Source of the DNA: Botryllus schlosseri
Lineage: Eukaryota
DNA length: 64,000 nucleotides
Direction of reading: 5' to 3'
NCBI GenBank assembly: GCA_051294905.1
Contig: CM119372.1
Location: 25,298,001-25,362,000 of the forward strand
Part shown: positions 24,480 to 37,564 of the stretch, in pieces
How positions within the stretch are numbered: the stretch's first letter is position 1
Layout: each line of letters begins with the position of its first letter
The notes under the pieces: model-generated
What the model was told of the DNA's origin: nothing
Seen by the model: only the letters and a program-made list of their open reading frames with translations
The model's database searches: none
Position numbers and translations under genes: made by a program

Positions 24480-25255
24480 CAGAGGCTCAGTAACGAAGTA
24501 TTACGACTTTTTCGAAGTACTCAAATAGTTTTCCTCTACTTTTGGTACTTACTGAAGTAGATGTAATTTTCACTACTTCTACTTCTACTTCGTAATATTT
24601 TGCGATCTACTTACTTACATTTCGCTACTTTCAGTTTGTCAAGTAGAAGTGAGAGAGAGAGAGAGAGTCTTTATTTTCATCCAACCAAAATACATAACAC
24701 ACGGCAGTGGTGGTGGTACAGAAAATATGCTTGCACAGTATACGGTATTAGATAGGAGTGATCGATAAGACCATGAAGGTCATCTAGTCTGATCACACCA
24801 GCATGAAACAGGTACACTAGACTCTAAACAGTCTGGCTGTAAAAAAGATTACAGTAGTTAAAAAAATAAAATAGAAAAAATATTAAACGATGGTAGCAAA
24901 TGATCAATGAAGCAATGTCTGGGCAAGGTAGGGCAACAGTGTTAGTGTAACAACAAGAGGTGATCAAGTAGGGCTTTTTTGAAGCTATTATAAGGCAATT
25001 CACGGATATGTGGTGGTAATGCATTCCAGATGATAGGTACCGAGTAGTCGATAGATCTCTTAGTTAGGTTGCTATTGGGTGGGGGTAAGTAGATATTTCC
25101 TTTAGACGAGGGAAGTAGTGTAACACTTCAATTAGAAAGAGAAACTGAGGAATTCTCGGGCTGTTTTCACGGAGTTCTAACTTTTGATCCCACGGTGTGT
25201 CTAAATTTAGAAACGTTGGCTCTGACCTTTTTTAGCGTTAGACCTGTATTAAAAT
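24480..25255 (+). mobile_element. hAT family E fragment interrupted by a LINE
   Basis: 24480-24650 matches 31540-31712 (cagtaacgaagtatt...tacttctactt...gtcaagtagaagt). Homology resumes near 25112 (gaagtagt...ctgagga...gggctgtt). Confidence 0.7.
24651..25110 (-). mobile_element. 5'-truncated CR1/L2-type LINE (ORF2 C-terminus, 3' UTR, (TC)n tail)
   Basis: Minus-strand translation KGNIYLPPPNSNLTKRSIDYSVPIIWNALPPHIRELPYNSFKKALLDHLLLLH*, the WN.LP..IR..FK pattern typical of CR1/L2 ORF2 ends, followed by UTR and (TC)n. Confidence 0.8.
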
Positions 25256-26267
25256 TATGAGCCTATGTAAAGTCTTCAAAATTCCGGACATTTATACATA
25301 TTTTAGAAATTCCCTCCGGACGCAGTCTGAACAGGGAAATTCCGGATATCCGGGAAATTCCGGACGTAAGGCAACCCTAAATTAAGGTGAATGGCCCGTT
25401 CTTGGTTTATTGATATATAACCTTAGGCCTATGGTTACCCTTTATGTTAATGTTCCAAAATCACATTTTTAGTCATACAAATATTTCGAATGCAGAAATA
25501 CCAATGAACTTTAACAAAGCGATGGGTGAACATAAAACGCATATTTCCGAAGAAAAATGTTTTGAAAATACGAAGAAATATCTAAAGAATAGTCACTTTA
25601 AAAACGTACCTTTTTGTCTCATTGTGCCCCATAGGTGGAGTACAATGGGACAACCTACTATAGGTGTGGGGCGGATTTTTCCGGAGTCGACTCGGAAAAT
25701 GACTTTTTTATATAGTCAATCCATCAATATTAGCAGTAAAATTCCCAAATTACCTGTATTAATGAATGCTTCTGTGACTTTATGTCCTCTTTTTCGGATC
25801 CCCAGAACATGGTAAAGGTAAGCCGATATAACCTGCGTGATACAACTGCCGCTGTATAAGGTGGACGACATCTCGTTACACGCCGTACCACTGATTGGTC
25901 GTTTTTAAGATTTTTTTAACGGTTGCTGTTGTGTGAGGTATTTTAAACAGTTGCGTTTTTAACAATTTTATAGAATGCAATCACAAAAGCGGGCCATAAA
26001 AAAGGACAATCGGGCAGCTGGTTTCCCTCCTGTGCTATAGTATATTATCACTGCTTGCGTACTGAACAGTGAACACGAATGCTAGTTATGAGACGAGCGC
26101 AGCACTGTACGACTAGACTATATCCCTGGTAAGATTGGTGTTATTGCCAATTTTTACAATCACAATTAGTTTTCGGCCTTCTTAATGTACAATTGTACAC
26201 TTTTCGAATCGTCATATCTTGGGTTTGTACGTGATTTTATGACATTCAAAATACTGAATATCATAAC

Positions 26268-26865
26268 CAATGTTCCCTCTAATTTTTGCCGAGTCTGCGC
26301 ACACTCACCAAATCACTGCGCAGACCCTTGGAAAACAGTGCGTAACGACTATAAAAAGGTCATCACTAGGGCAAGTTTTTGCAACTTTTGCAACTTTTTT
26401 TACAGTATACGGCAGCTTCCTAACTACTCGTAAGATATGTAGAATGCTGTTTTAAGCTGTTTGAAGGAATCTTATAGTGCAACTTTTGTCCATTATTTTC
26501 ATGCAACTTTTTGCAACATTTTGCAACTTTTTCGATTTTTCATGAAAGTATTTTCGATTTTGGAGAAATACACGGCCAAATTCGACTGAAACACCGTAAA
26601 TCAGCACCGAAGTAACGCTTTTACGGGTATTTCGAGAGCTGAGCCGGAAAATTGACCTTTTTTTTTAGTCAACCGAGTAAAATGCAACTTCTGCAACTTT
26701 TCAACTTTTTTCAAAAATAAATGCAACTTTCCACGGATTTAACTGCAACAAAAACTTGCACTAGTCATCACATCGGGTTTCTTGTGCGCAACTTGTATTT
26801 TCTGTGCGCAGAGACCGTGTCAGCACTGCGCATTTGCGCACGTGCGCAGCTTAGTGGGAACATTG
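26268..26865 (+). mobile_element. hAT MITE family C, copy 2 (with nested MITE)
   Basis: TIR CAATGTTCCCTCTAA...TTAGTGGGAACATTG, perfect TSD ATCATAAC. Confidence 0.9.
26367..26763. mobile_element. hAT MITE nested in family C copy 2
   Basis: TIR TAGGGCAAGTTTTTG...CAAAAACTTGCACTA, perfect TSD GTCATCAC, many TGCAACTT subterminal repeats. Confidence 0.9.
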
Positions 26866-27036
26866 ATCATAACTGCGTATAATCATGAACTCAAAAGTCC
26901 CGCAGCCTCTCGGCCCCACTCCACACGTGATGGCACGAGGTGTCGATTCAAAAATGCATCCTCGTTTTCAATTCATGTATTTTCGATATGCCGATTAAAC
27001 AGTAGAATACAGTTTGTTACACTATATATAGTATAG

Positions 27037-28949
27037 CAGGGGTCGGCAACCTTTTGCTAGTCGCGGGCCAAATTTCAGGTGCACAACATTTTGGCGGGCC
27101 GGACCGGAATTTTTCTTAATACTATAGTTAACAGTCACGTCGGTATATTACCCTACAATGCTGCAATCTCAATCATACAAATCACAAAAAGAGCAAAACA
27201 CATGTATTTACACTTCAACAACGCAGGATAAATGTGACACTTTGCGCAGCTTGCTTTGTGATAGATTTTCAACTTCTGGCAACAAGTCAGATGAAGCTAG
27301 AATCAGGCCATATTCAGAATGTGGGTTGGGATACGTGATCTTAGCTTGCTCTTCGTGGATTTCATTGTTGAAAACTATTGTTCACATGCGCACGTGCTAC
27401 CAAAAGTCGATGCTATTTCTTTTGCATTGTTGGTCAAGCTGGGATGAAGACCCATTTCAAGAACGTACTCTTTGTCAAAGTCAATCAGCGATATGCTCTT
27501 TGTATGAAATTTGTCATTCAATTCAACTGCATGGCATTTCAAATGGGCCCATTTGAAATTTTCTGGCAATGGTATTGGCGCCCACATTAACCGGAGTACT
27601 GGGTAGTCAGAATTTATTTTGTACAGAACGAATGTCGGAAAAGTGGATGGAAATTCATTAATTAAATTTGGTATATCACAGTTACAAATGTATAGTGCTG
27701 GTAGGTTTACTCTCCTCCAGTATAGGAAAGTGAGCTTATTTAGTTGTTTCCCCCTGAAGTTGCAAATTCAATTTGTTTAGATGTGACGTTAAATGTTCTA
27801 CGAAAGCAAGATTATATACCCATTTTCGATGACAAGATTATGAGTCGGCGATGTTTGTATTTTCAAGGAAAGTTGCTATTTCATTTCTCAGTTCATACAC
27901 TCGTGCAAGCATCTCGACGTAACAAAGCATGTACCCGTTTTGCCAGTGACACTTGCAACCGACGGGTTTGCCCAAGACACAGAAAACTTCAGAAGAACGC
28001 ATATTGCTTGGAATGCCGAACAGCTTCTTGTAGTTGAAGTGCTATATGTTTCGTTGTTCTTGTGTTTGAAATATACGTGACAAAGCAATGCTTATTGGGG
28101 TAGGCCTATCTTTACTATTGCTTTTGGGTCTGCATTCATTACAGTGGAACATATTGACTCAAAGGCTTTTCGCGTGCGCCTTGTCAGGAGTTAGCGACAC
28201 AAGAGGAGCTTACTGAAATATAGACATACGAAAACCAAATTGGCAAATATGACGTAACAATGCAATAACAAAAAAGGATCGCTAACAGCTGTACCGGTAC
28301 TCCGGTAGTCATAACAAAGTGACAAGAGAAAATCAAATCATACAAAACACAGACAATTAGCGGTATTTTATTTAACATTTTAGGATTGCATATATAGGCC
28401 TACTCCTCGTGCTTGTTATTGTGCCGTTAACTCATTGATGGGGGCACACGGGGGATCTTTGAGGTGATGGATTATGCTGTGGTGAATGTGGTTCTAAGAG
28501 CAATATTCAAGTTCAGTACCGCCAGTAACATTTGAGGTATCTCTGCGTTTCTCTGACAGCTATTAAGGTGATTAACATTTAAAAAGTGGTATTCTGCGAC
28601 TCACGCAGCAGCCTGATTCTAAAATCGGAATATGACGAACCCGGACCAGTAGGGGGCTCGTTCACTTTCGGACCAAAAACCCTTTTTCTCCGTAACGCTG
28701 TACTGAGTTTGGTCCGAAAGTGAACGAGCCCCGTAGGTGCGTGAATTACATGTTCCGGAATCATCATCCGTAAGTGGAAGAAAACATTATAAATTTTGAC
28801 ATTTTTCGAAGCAGTGCTGCACTGCAGATTGGAACTCATTACGAAACGGCGGGCCGTATTCTTGTGGTAACTAATTATTTCGTCGCGGGCCGGACTATTT
28901 CGCTTGGCGGGCCGGATCCGGCCCGCGGGCCGTAGGTTGCCGACCCTTG
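27037..28949 (-). mobile_element. hAT Charlie/Buster-group transposon with decayed transposase
   Basis: TIR CAGGGGTCGGCAACCT...AGGTTGCCGACCCTTG, perfect TSD TAGTATAG. Minus-strand fragments KWVYNLAFVEHLTSHLNKLNLQLQG (~27750-27825) and ASTFGSTCACEQ*FSTMKSTKSKLRSRI (~27330-27415, hAT dimerisation domain), with stops and frameshifts. Confidence 0.9.
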
Positions 28950-29608
28950 TAGTATAGGCACGGCCGTTCATAATATAATATCGTCTGTATAGCATGGGGC
29001 ACTAGTAGGCCATTGTGCAACATAAATGAGTGTCATTGATTGTCATTCGTTGCGAAACCTGCGATGGATAGTTCGTTGAGCTGTTGGGGAGTAGTTGCAA
29101 TCAACTCCACTCGTTCCATCCAAAAGCACTTCTCGAAATTTGAGATAAAACAACAGACGACTGTACAAGTCACATGGAAAGTGTATTCTATAACAATTTT
29201 TTGTGATAAGAAGCATTATATCGTTAGATTGGTGACTATTACAAATATAGTGCAGACAAAAATTGCGTGAAAATTTAAGTTATAATTCAAAACTTAAGTT
29301 CAGTCAAAGTCACGCACTTCGTGCATTGCACAACACGCACGACATTCACATCTACAATAAACTGTCCATTTACAAATGCTGTCGAGACAAGCACATGGCA
29401 CTGCATAAATATCCGGTACAAAATGACGCCATAAACTTCGGAATCGATATCGATTATGTCAATTCTCACACATATTTCCCTAGATCTCCGAACGTGTCCG
29501 TTTCCTCGTAGTGAATTCATACACGCAGGCCCGATCCGCGAGCTCACACCGCTCGTATCCGTTACGAAAAATTAATATGACAAACGTCATCAAAATATCC
29601 AGATCGAC

Positions 29609-32600
29609 CTACTTGAAATAAACTAACGAATTTTCCAGCAACCGCGGACTCATGTCAAGCAGAATTTCCTTTTGGTCAGCGGTTGGTGAAATCCCTTGCC
29701 CGCGCATATCATAAAGCTTACACGACTCGGGGAGCGTGGTAGAGAGCAAGCTCGCAGCCATGCATTGCTCTGCGTAAAATTGTCGCAAGTCCCGTTGAAG
29801 GATATATTCGAAAAACCTTCTCAAGCTGAGAACGTGGGTCTTGGGAGCGTCGAACACGGTGGTGAAGTCCTCCACGATGTGGTGGATTCTGTCGGGTATC
29901 GGCAGGATCCATTTCGCTGGCCTACGGAGGTATTTTACGTCCGTCGGCAACTTTTCATAGTAATACAAGACCGGGTGTAAAAAGTTTGACGTATGGGCGT
30001 CTCTACTCGTTCCAACAGCACGATCCTCGCGAAACACATCTTTCGCCGGACCGGACGCATTCTTCCCGTACTCCATGACGGCCATAATTAATTTGCCTGG
30101 TACTAGGTGTCCGCTAACTTTTGGTATTCTGCTAACGAGCGAGCACGGATAAGCCTGAAAATATAACAATTTATAGCAGTCATGGAAAATCTACATAAGT
30201 AACATCCACGAGTCTAACCGGCAGATACGTGACTTCGGTATCATCCTCCGAAAATATCATAACTTCGCACAGAACGCTGAACATCTGATAGATATCCGAC
30301 GCTTCGTTGAGTCGTTTGAGAAGGTGCGGCATGGCGTTGATAGCGGAGGGAAATTTGACATGCGGCCAGGGGACGTTATGATATCTGTTCTCTAATATTC
30401 TGTGAAGGGTACGCGCGGAATATCGAAACCCGTGGATAAAGCCCCCCGCCGATCGTTTGTAATCCAAAGAATGAGTATTGGTACCTGCGAAATGATTAGC
30501 GCATTGGCGCAAATATGGTAAATTGATCAATGCTATAAGCTATAACATATAGAGCTATATAGTAATTGGAATTGCTGTGGTGTCACATCGGCGATGAAAG
30601 GTTCACTTTGGATATCCAAGCAAGATTATATTACGGACTCGCGCCATCGGCAAATGGTATTCCAAAGTTGCAATACCATGATTTCAGAGTGTGAATTTCA
30701 CGAGACTACTCCCACTTCGACTTGAACAGTTTTTAGGCAAAACTACTTTCTTTTGGACACTTGTTGGTTTTGAAAAGTAGAAAATAGTTTGAAATAAGTT
30801 TACGTCACCTTTACGGGTGAAATCGTCATATAGGAATCATGTGCAATATCAACACAGTAACTGCTAAATATAATTTCGAATATTGCACCTAATGTAGCGT
30901 CTTATTCATTTTACGTGAGTCGCTAACTACCAAAAGCATCTTATGAACTCTCAATCTAATCTACTTTACAAAACTGCTTACTTGAGTTCGTTTGATACTG
31001 TTTACTTTTTAATTCCACTGACGTAGTTTAGACGTCTAGGAGGTCGTTCCGGACTTCTACTTGAGTAGCAATGCTCACAACTTCGACCACTTCTGCAATC
31101 TGACAATAGTATAATAATAGCATTGAGTTACTCACCGGCATAGAACACGCCTGGTACCTCAGTTGATTCGAACTGAAAAGTGATTCTTGGATATTTCTTC
31201 ACGTTCTTAGTCCCGGCATATCTGAAATTCACCGTCTCGTTGAACAGCGACGGATCGAAGCTGAATCCGAGGCAGCTGATAACCATGTCGTAGCCTTCCC
31301 GCAACGCGTCATTGTCGGTTTCTGTTTTGAAGTGGGAAATTAATTGTATCTCTAAAGCAAATGCATTTTCGTAGTTCAATATTACCTTCCAACAGATTGA
31401 ATCTCTCTTTCAATTTCTCTTCTTCCATGTATATTCTACCATCTACTGGGCTTCTGTGAATTGGCAATTCGTTGGCGTCACCTGTGACGGGTAAACCCAA
31501 TAAAACAATATAGTTATAGTTTTCTATATATATAGATATCAGAGGGGATCAGTAACGAAGTATTTCTACTTTTTTGAAGTACTCAAGTAGTTTTCCTCTA
31601 CTTCTAGTACTTACTCAAGTAGAACTGAATTTTTTCTACTTGTACTTCTACTTCATAATATTTTGTGATCTGCTTACTTACTTTTCGCTATTTCCAGTTT
31701 GTCAAGTAGAAGTAGTTTCATCCTCCAATCAGGAAGATATAGCCTGAGGACTTTCGGGGCTGTTCCCGCAGAGTATCAACATTTAATTTTCAGAAAAGTT
31801 GAGTGAAGCCCAGAATTTTCGTCGCGCTTCGCGCACAGTGGGTATGGAGTGACCATTATGATATCGCGAAAGTATCGGTGAATATAATTTAGGTAGCGGG
31901 TTGCGTGGTTGCGTTCACACCGCATTGTCGCTCATATGAAATATTTCATCACAGTATATATGGCCCATCATAAAGTTTGAAACGGATGTTTCGCAACCTA
32001 ACATTTACTTATCACATCGTAGTCTAGCAGTTCATGGCGTGTCCTAATCTGGAACAGTTGGCTCAGACTTATTTTAGCTTTAGACCTGTTTTAACATACA
32101 ACCTTTGAAACTTTCTGGACCTGAGACATGAAATACATTTTCCGCTTTTAGAAGTAGTATTTATATTTCAATTTCAATTCCCAGTATCATACTTTGAGTT
32201 CTAATTAGTATCAGTTCTTTTGTCTGGAGAACATACATGTTTAAGTATAAAAGGAAGTGCCTATTAATGCCTATAATTTCCCGAAATAAAGCTACACAAT
32301 ATGGCATTTTTACGATCCATCATATTTTTTATTAATGTTTACTAATCGCGCAAATTGTTTACACCGTATACGATACAACTTCTCCGTATTGCTCTTCGAC
32401 TAAACTACGGGCCTTATAATATGGGGGAGGGTGCCATACCATGATATTTTCTAAAACTGCATGGCTGTACGAGTAGACAGAGGATTAGTATCGCATTTCC
32501 ATATTAATACTATCATTTTCGTCCCATCATGCGAACGATCGCTTACGCAGTCGAAAATTGGATACCTCCTGTTATGCATCACAGCTCTGCACCTTTCGCA

Positions 32601-35600
32601 TAGCTCAATTTGAAGCTTTTGACAATCAATGCGAACGAATTACGATCGTTTTCACAACTACTTACTTACTTGAGTAGATTTAAAGTCAGTAAATTCTACT
32701 TCTACTTCAAGTAGTTTTAGGTTGCTTATGGAAGAAGTACTTCTACTCGTACTTGAGTAGATTTTCCGTCGTTACTTCTACTTCTACTTGAGTAGCTTTC
32801 TCGACTACTTTGACCACCTCTGATTGGATATCACAATAGTGACATTGTACTGCCTCCGTTATCAAACGTGAGGTTCATTCTGGGTATAAACCACGCCCCA
32901 CGGGCTAATGGAAAGGAAACAATATAATCAATTAGTCCTTTCTGGCCAAAGCACATTTCTGTATTCCACGTCCATTATAATGCACATGATCCCATTGTTA
33001 AATTCGGATTCGAAAGAAACTGTAGACATACCATCCAAAATACCATCCAGTGATTTGAGCTGATAGGTATCAAGTAGGCCATTGTTCACGGCACGCAAGT
33101 CCCCCACATAGTGGGTCGACCAGGCAAGCTTGACCCTTGATCTGGCCATCATGTGAATGAAATTCGTCCGCCCCATGATATACTGTGCCGTCTCAAACGC
33201 CGAGTTGCCCCTTCCCAATATAAGTATAGATTTTCCTTCAAATTCTTCCAAGTCCGTGGTAAGATCATGGTATCCAGTCGTCAGATTGCGAACAACTGAA
33301 ACGAGTAGCTTTCACTTAATGGTCGACTATGTTTGTGGCAAGGAACTAGAAGAGTTAAGTACTAGCATTGCTAGCGCGGAATAAGTAGTGGCGTAAAGTA
33401 TACCCTGGAACAGGCGTGGCCAACCTTTTTGTTCAAAGGGCCAAATGCGGTTTTCCTAACCTTTGTGCGGGCGACTTGAATGTTGGTGATCTATTTTAGT
33501 CGTCCGGTTGGCGATCCGGATTAGGTAATAGCGAGCGCAAGACTTATATTACTATGCACCAAAATTGCCGACATTTATGTCATGAACAATAAATGTGCAT
33601 TAATGTTCGAGTCGCGCGAGGCCTAAACATTTGATCGTTACGGAATGATTTCGGTCAGGCGCTGGCAAATTGCATATATTGCGGCTTGCATTTGCACCAC
33701 GGTGCTCAGAATGCAAGGACTTGAGTATTTGGCGCTTGGATACATCAGTATCGAAGATTTCGACCAACACGAGTCGATAACTTTGGATCAAGGCATCATA
33801 ATCGACGATATTTCTGGAACCTCACTCTCGAAGTCGCATATGTTCGCCGAGATTATCGGTGTGTCCTGGATCAGATGGCAGGCGCCGAAATGCCGGTTCC
33901 GTGGGCTACAAAACACTACACTGAAGCATCCCACGGGCTACAAGCGATACCCGAAATATTCCGTTCTCTTATAATTGCGGATACAGTTGACTTGATCTTG
34001 TAATTCAGGCGTATTTTTTCATTTATATTTTTGCGAAGGATATGCTATAAAAAAAAGGAAAAAAATCTAGTGGCACTAAACCGTGAAGCATCAAGAAGAA
34101 AAGTTTCAACCTAAAATATCTGCCGCGAAATCCTCGGCTAAATCTACTACATATAAATTTATGAAAATTTACGAAAATTGCTGGGGCATAGCCCAGTGGC
34201 GTAGGAGCATATGCTGCCGCTCCTGGCTTTCATTGAAAATGCCGCTCAAATTTTGAAAAAGGCATGGCCTCTTTCGCCTCCTCTGGTGATGCCGATGCGT
34301 AGGAACTGTTTTATAGTCATCGATATCCTAAAGATCGCGGTCAGGCTAGGGTTAGCTTAAGTCCACATCAAATTACGTGAGAAATTCATTTTTTTTATAA
34401 TCTAACTTATTTTTAAAATTACCGCGAGGGCCACGGGTTGCCCCCCCTTGCCCTAAACCAACTATGCAGCATTCCAATATGACGTTATCCGAAAATAGGT
34501 ACGGTCAACTGGGAAATGTGTTCAGGACCGAAACAGCACCTTTCTCCTAGAGGACCAGGTCCGGTATCAAGCGATTCACAAACAACCCGGAACATGAAGG
34601 ACCGTCGGTGACCGCCAGACAATTATGTTATAAAAAATCATGGATCGTTTGTTTGCTAGTCGCTCGAGATTTATTTAATGATATTAAATGAATTTTGTCA
34701 TGGTATTTACTACTACTAATTTTAAGTTGCCCAAAATCTGCTCACAAATACACTACCATATGTTTATTAACGAAATAATTTTTGGGCCCTCTTTAATCCC
34801 CTTGATTTAGGAGTTTGGAGTGCGGAAGTTGCGTCCTGAGAGTAAGTATCCATTTGATTGAAAATGCACGTAGAAGATATTTGTAGAATATAGGCATATA
34901 GCCATGCTATCAACTCGCAGTCGCAAAGCATGATTTCGGAGCGAACCAATGAAATATCATTGGAGCGAACTGACACTGCAGCATTTCATGAAGCGCGCAT
35001 TGAAACCGGCACCAAAACTGTTTACTAAGACGAGTCATGACTCATGAGATAATTTTCTCAAAATCATATGTAGAGCTTTATAAGTGGGCATTCGATCATC
35101 GTAACCCCACAAGAAAAAATCATTATACACGATTGATTTCAGTCAATCATGGATATTTATCATATGCCCACTTCACGTAATCAAACGGAACTTAAACTTA
35201 GTTAGTGCGGCTACCTTCTGCAGACGGTTCGTTCGGTTTGGCAATACCAGTAGCGACGATGATTCGTTTGCACGTATATTCGTTGCTATGCTGGTCATTC
35301 ACGTGGAACTGTTCGTCTTCCTCATTGCGTGGCCCAATGTTACCTATGGTGGTGTTATACTGAACGTTGATCTGTAGTTTCTCAGCAAAATCCTTCAGGT
35401 ATTGCACGATATAATCAGCATGAGGAAATATATCCTGAAACATTGAGAGGCCAATAGATGTCAACCAGTAATCGTCCAATGTTCAATTGTCCATACATAT
35501 TCTTTCTACTAGTCTTAGCATAACACAGTTGCCATACCGCGTCCATATTTCTCAGATTTGTCCTTATTTTGAACGGTGGTGTCTGATATAATTAATGTCC

Positions 35601-37564
35601 TTATTTCTTTGACTAGTGTCCTTATTCTGTCCATATTTTCGGCAATCAGATCGTGATTACAACTATGGGCAAAATTGATGACTTTGTTTGGTCACCAGCT
35701 TGCCAAAAAGGCCGTGTACAGTGTACAGTACAGTATGTACAGTATGTGATGACAATATAAATGTCCATTATCCATAGGTACCAGCAGAGGTCTGTTTGAG
35801 GTATGACCGTGATCGCCTGGTCGTAATACCATTAGTTCCAGGAATTGTGAAATTCTTAATTATATCCAGAGATGCTCAGATTCCCAAATATGGGATCCGA
35901 ATCTATCCGGCTCAGGCTGGAAATTGAAAATTCTGAGTCCGAAAAAATCCGGCTGGTGAATTTCCAAATCCGGCCAAAATCATGCTAATTTTTCTTATAT
36001 CAGCGGGAAAATTCGGCTATAATCCAAACGCTAACGCAAATTTAAAATCCGGATCCAATCCGGCTACGTTAAAAATCGATGAAATCCTGCTCCGGCTCCT
36101 GAACCGGACTGCGATCATCTCTGATTATATCTGATGATTAAAGGGCATTGCGTCTTGTGTATCGCGTTGCAGATTGCGTGTCTTGAGCGGCTACAGATGA
36201 TACAACCGCCGAACTGCGTAGCAAGGGCGCTTTGTAACCTGCTTACCTGCAGGCTTCTTCATTCGCTCTAGCCCGAGCGCGACGGAAGTAATTATTGAAA
36301 AATAGAAAGTGTCACGGATTGATGAGAAGATCCGTACAGAATAAAAAGTAATACGAATCACGATAATAAGGTTAGCACTCCTCCACCAATACACCAATAC
36401 CATTTTGTGGCGGGGAATTATCATGGTGATTATCTGTCTTCTTCAATGGTAGAGCTGAAGCATATATTACTATGGCGAATATGAGTAATTTCCTGTGGTT
36501 GCAGCAATCTTATAACGTATGCTAAGGGATACGCATGCACGCCACGTAAAATATGCGTGGTACACGACACGCTACCTTTGAGTATCGTCCAAGAACAAGG
36601 CTTTCGTCGTGCGAAATCAGTGAATTCCAATCGTGCCGGAAGTTGAATTCTTTGTTTGTCTTCCCCGTGTTTCTTTTGTTAATGCTAATCAGGGTGCGAT
36701 GAATAGGAAATTTGGTGTAGAATGTGCCAGCTGTGGGTCCTGTCACATAGAAGAAATCTATCAATAAATGTGAATTATTACAGAATCGACGCTGAAGGAC
36801 TCATTTGCTTAAAATATATTCAAAGTGTAAATGATTTGGATGCGTATATTACCTGCAATCCGTCTGTCACCGACGGATACCGATTGAAATAGATAATTAA
36901 ATAACAATTGTCTAGATTCTAAAATATGATCTTGTATTGCTGGTTGAGCCAGCTGAAAGCACATTGTATTGAAAGATTACCACACGTTAACATGAAGCCC
37001 CACACCAACAGTTCGGTGATTGTATCATTCCCGCATCGTCGGCGTTGATGTTTTCGACGCTGTTTACCAAATATGCAATCAGTATCATTCTACAACACTA
37101 TACACAATATATACATATGTAGACAGCAAAGATCTACCGAAATGTACCCGTACCACACGGAACGGTACATTTGTGGATTAGGCTAATTCGGCAGTGACAA
37201 GGTTCTTATTTTGAACTATGTACAATGTACATTGTACAGTACAGTACAGTAAGTGTTCCGTACCTCCGTACGCACTCGCACCACGAACCATGGCGAAACT
37301 GTATTGACTTTGTAACAGTCGTTTACCCTCGAGAAAAGAAAATTTCCTATGATACACAATGTCACCTGATACTCAGTACTCACCTTTCTCATAAACTATG
37401 TAATCGCGACCGGCGTTTTGCAAGAAATAGGCAATTTGTAGTCCACCGGGTCCAGCTCCGATAACGCAGTATTCATGATGTTTGTTGGTTTCCTCAGCGA
37501 TGGCAATTGTCGCGGCCAAGGTTAGACATATTACCACGACAAGCACATAATTTAATCCTGCCAT
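29609..37564 (-). CDS. FOXRED2: FAD-dependent oxidoreductase domain-containing protein 2 (ERFAD), 8 exons, ~640 aa
   Basis: Exons (minus): 37384-37564, 36576-36739, 35215-35434, 33032-33295, 31386-31481, 31136-31321, 30219-30484, 29609-30154 = 1923 nt, phases consistent, all GT-AG. Signal peptide, FAD motif [26 protein letters not shown], second Rossmann motif [64 protein letters not shown]. Confidence 0.94.
31540..32822 (+). mobile_element. hAT-type element family E in FOXRED2 intron 4
   Basis: Ends CAGAGGGGATCAGTA...TACTTTGACCACCTCTG; many TACTT/AGTAG subterminal repeats; degenerate TSD. Relatives near 30685-31095 and 15650-16120. Confidence 0.7.
33411..34450. mobile_element. Charlie-type hAT MITE in FOXRED2 intron 3
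   Basis: Ends CAGGCGTGGCCAACC...GGTTGCCCCCCCTTG, flanks CCCTGGAA / CCCTAAAC. Shares gtgcgggc.acttgaatgttg and ggattaggtaa with the 40035 element. Confidence 0.6.
35867..36123. mobile_element. hAT MITE family F, copy 2 (FOXRED2 intron 2)
   Basis: TIR CAGAGATG...CATCTCTG, perfect TSD ATTATATC, colinear with 22816..23089. Confidence 0.9.

Noticed and set aside
31322..31385. Apparent frameshift in FOXRED2 between ORFs 31309..31500 and 31128..31379
   Set aside because: Resolved by a 64-nt GT-AG intron, so the gene is not a pseudogene.
33600..33974. GC-richer ORF-bearing stretch inside the 33411 MITE (captured gene fragment?)
   Set aside because: No recognisable motif in the frames I read; a blastx search would be needed.
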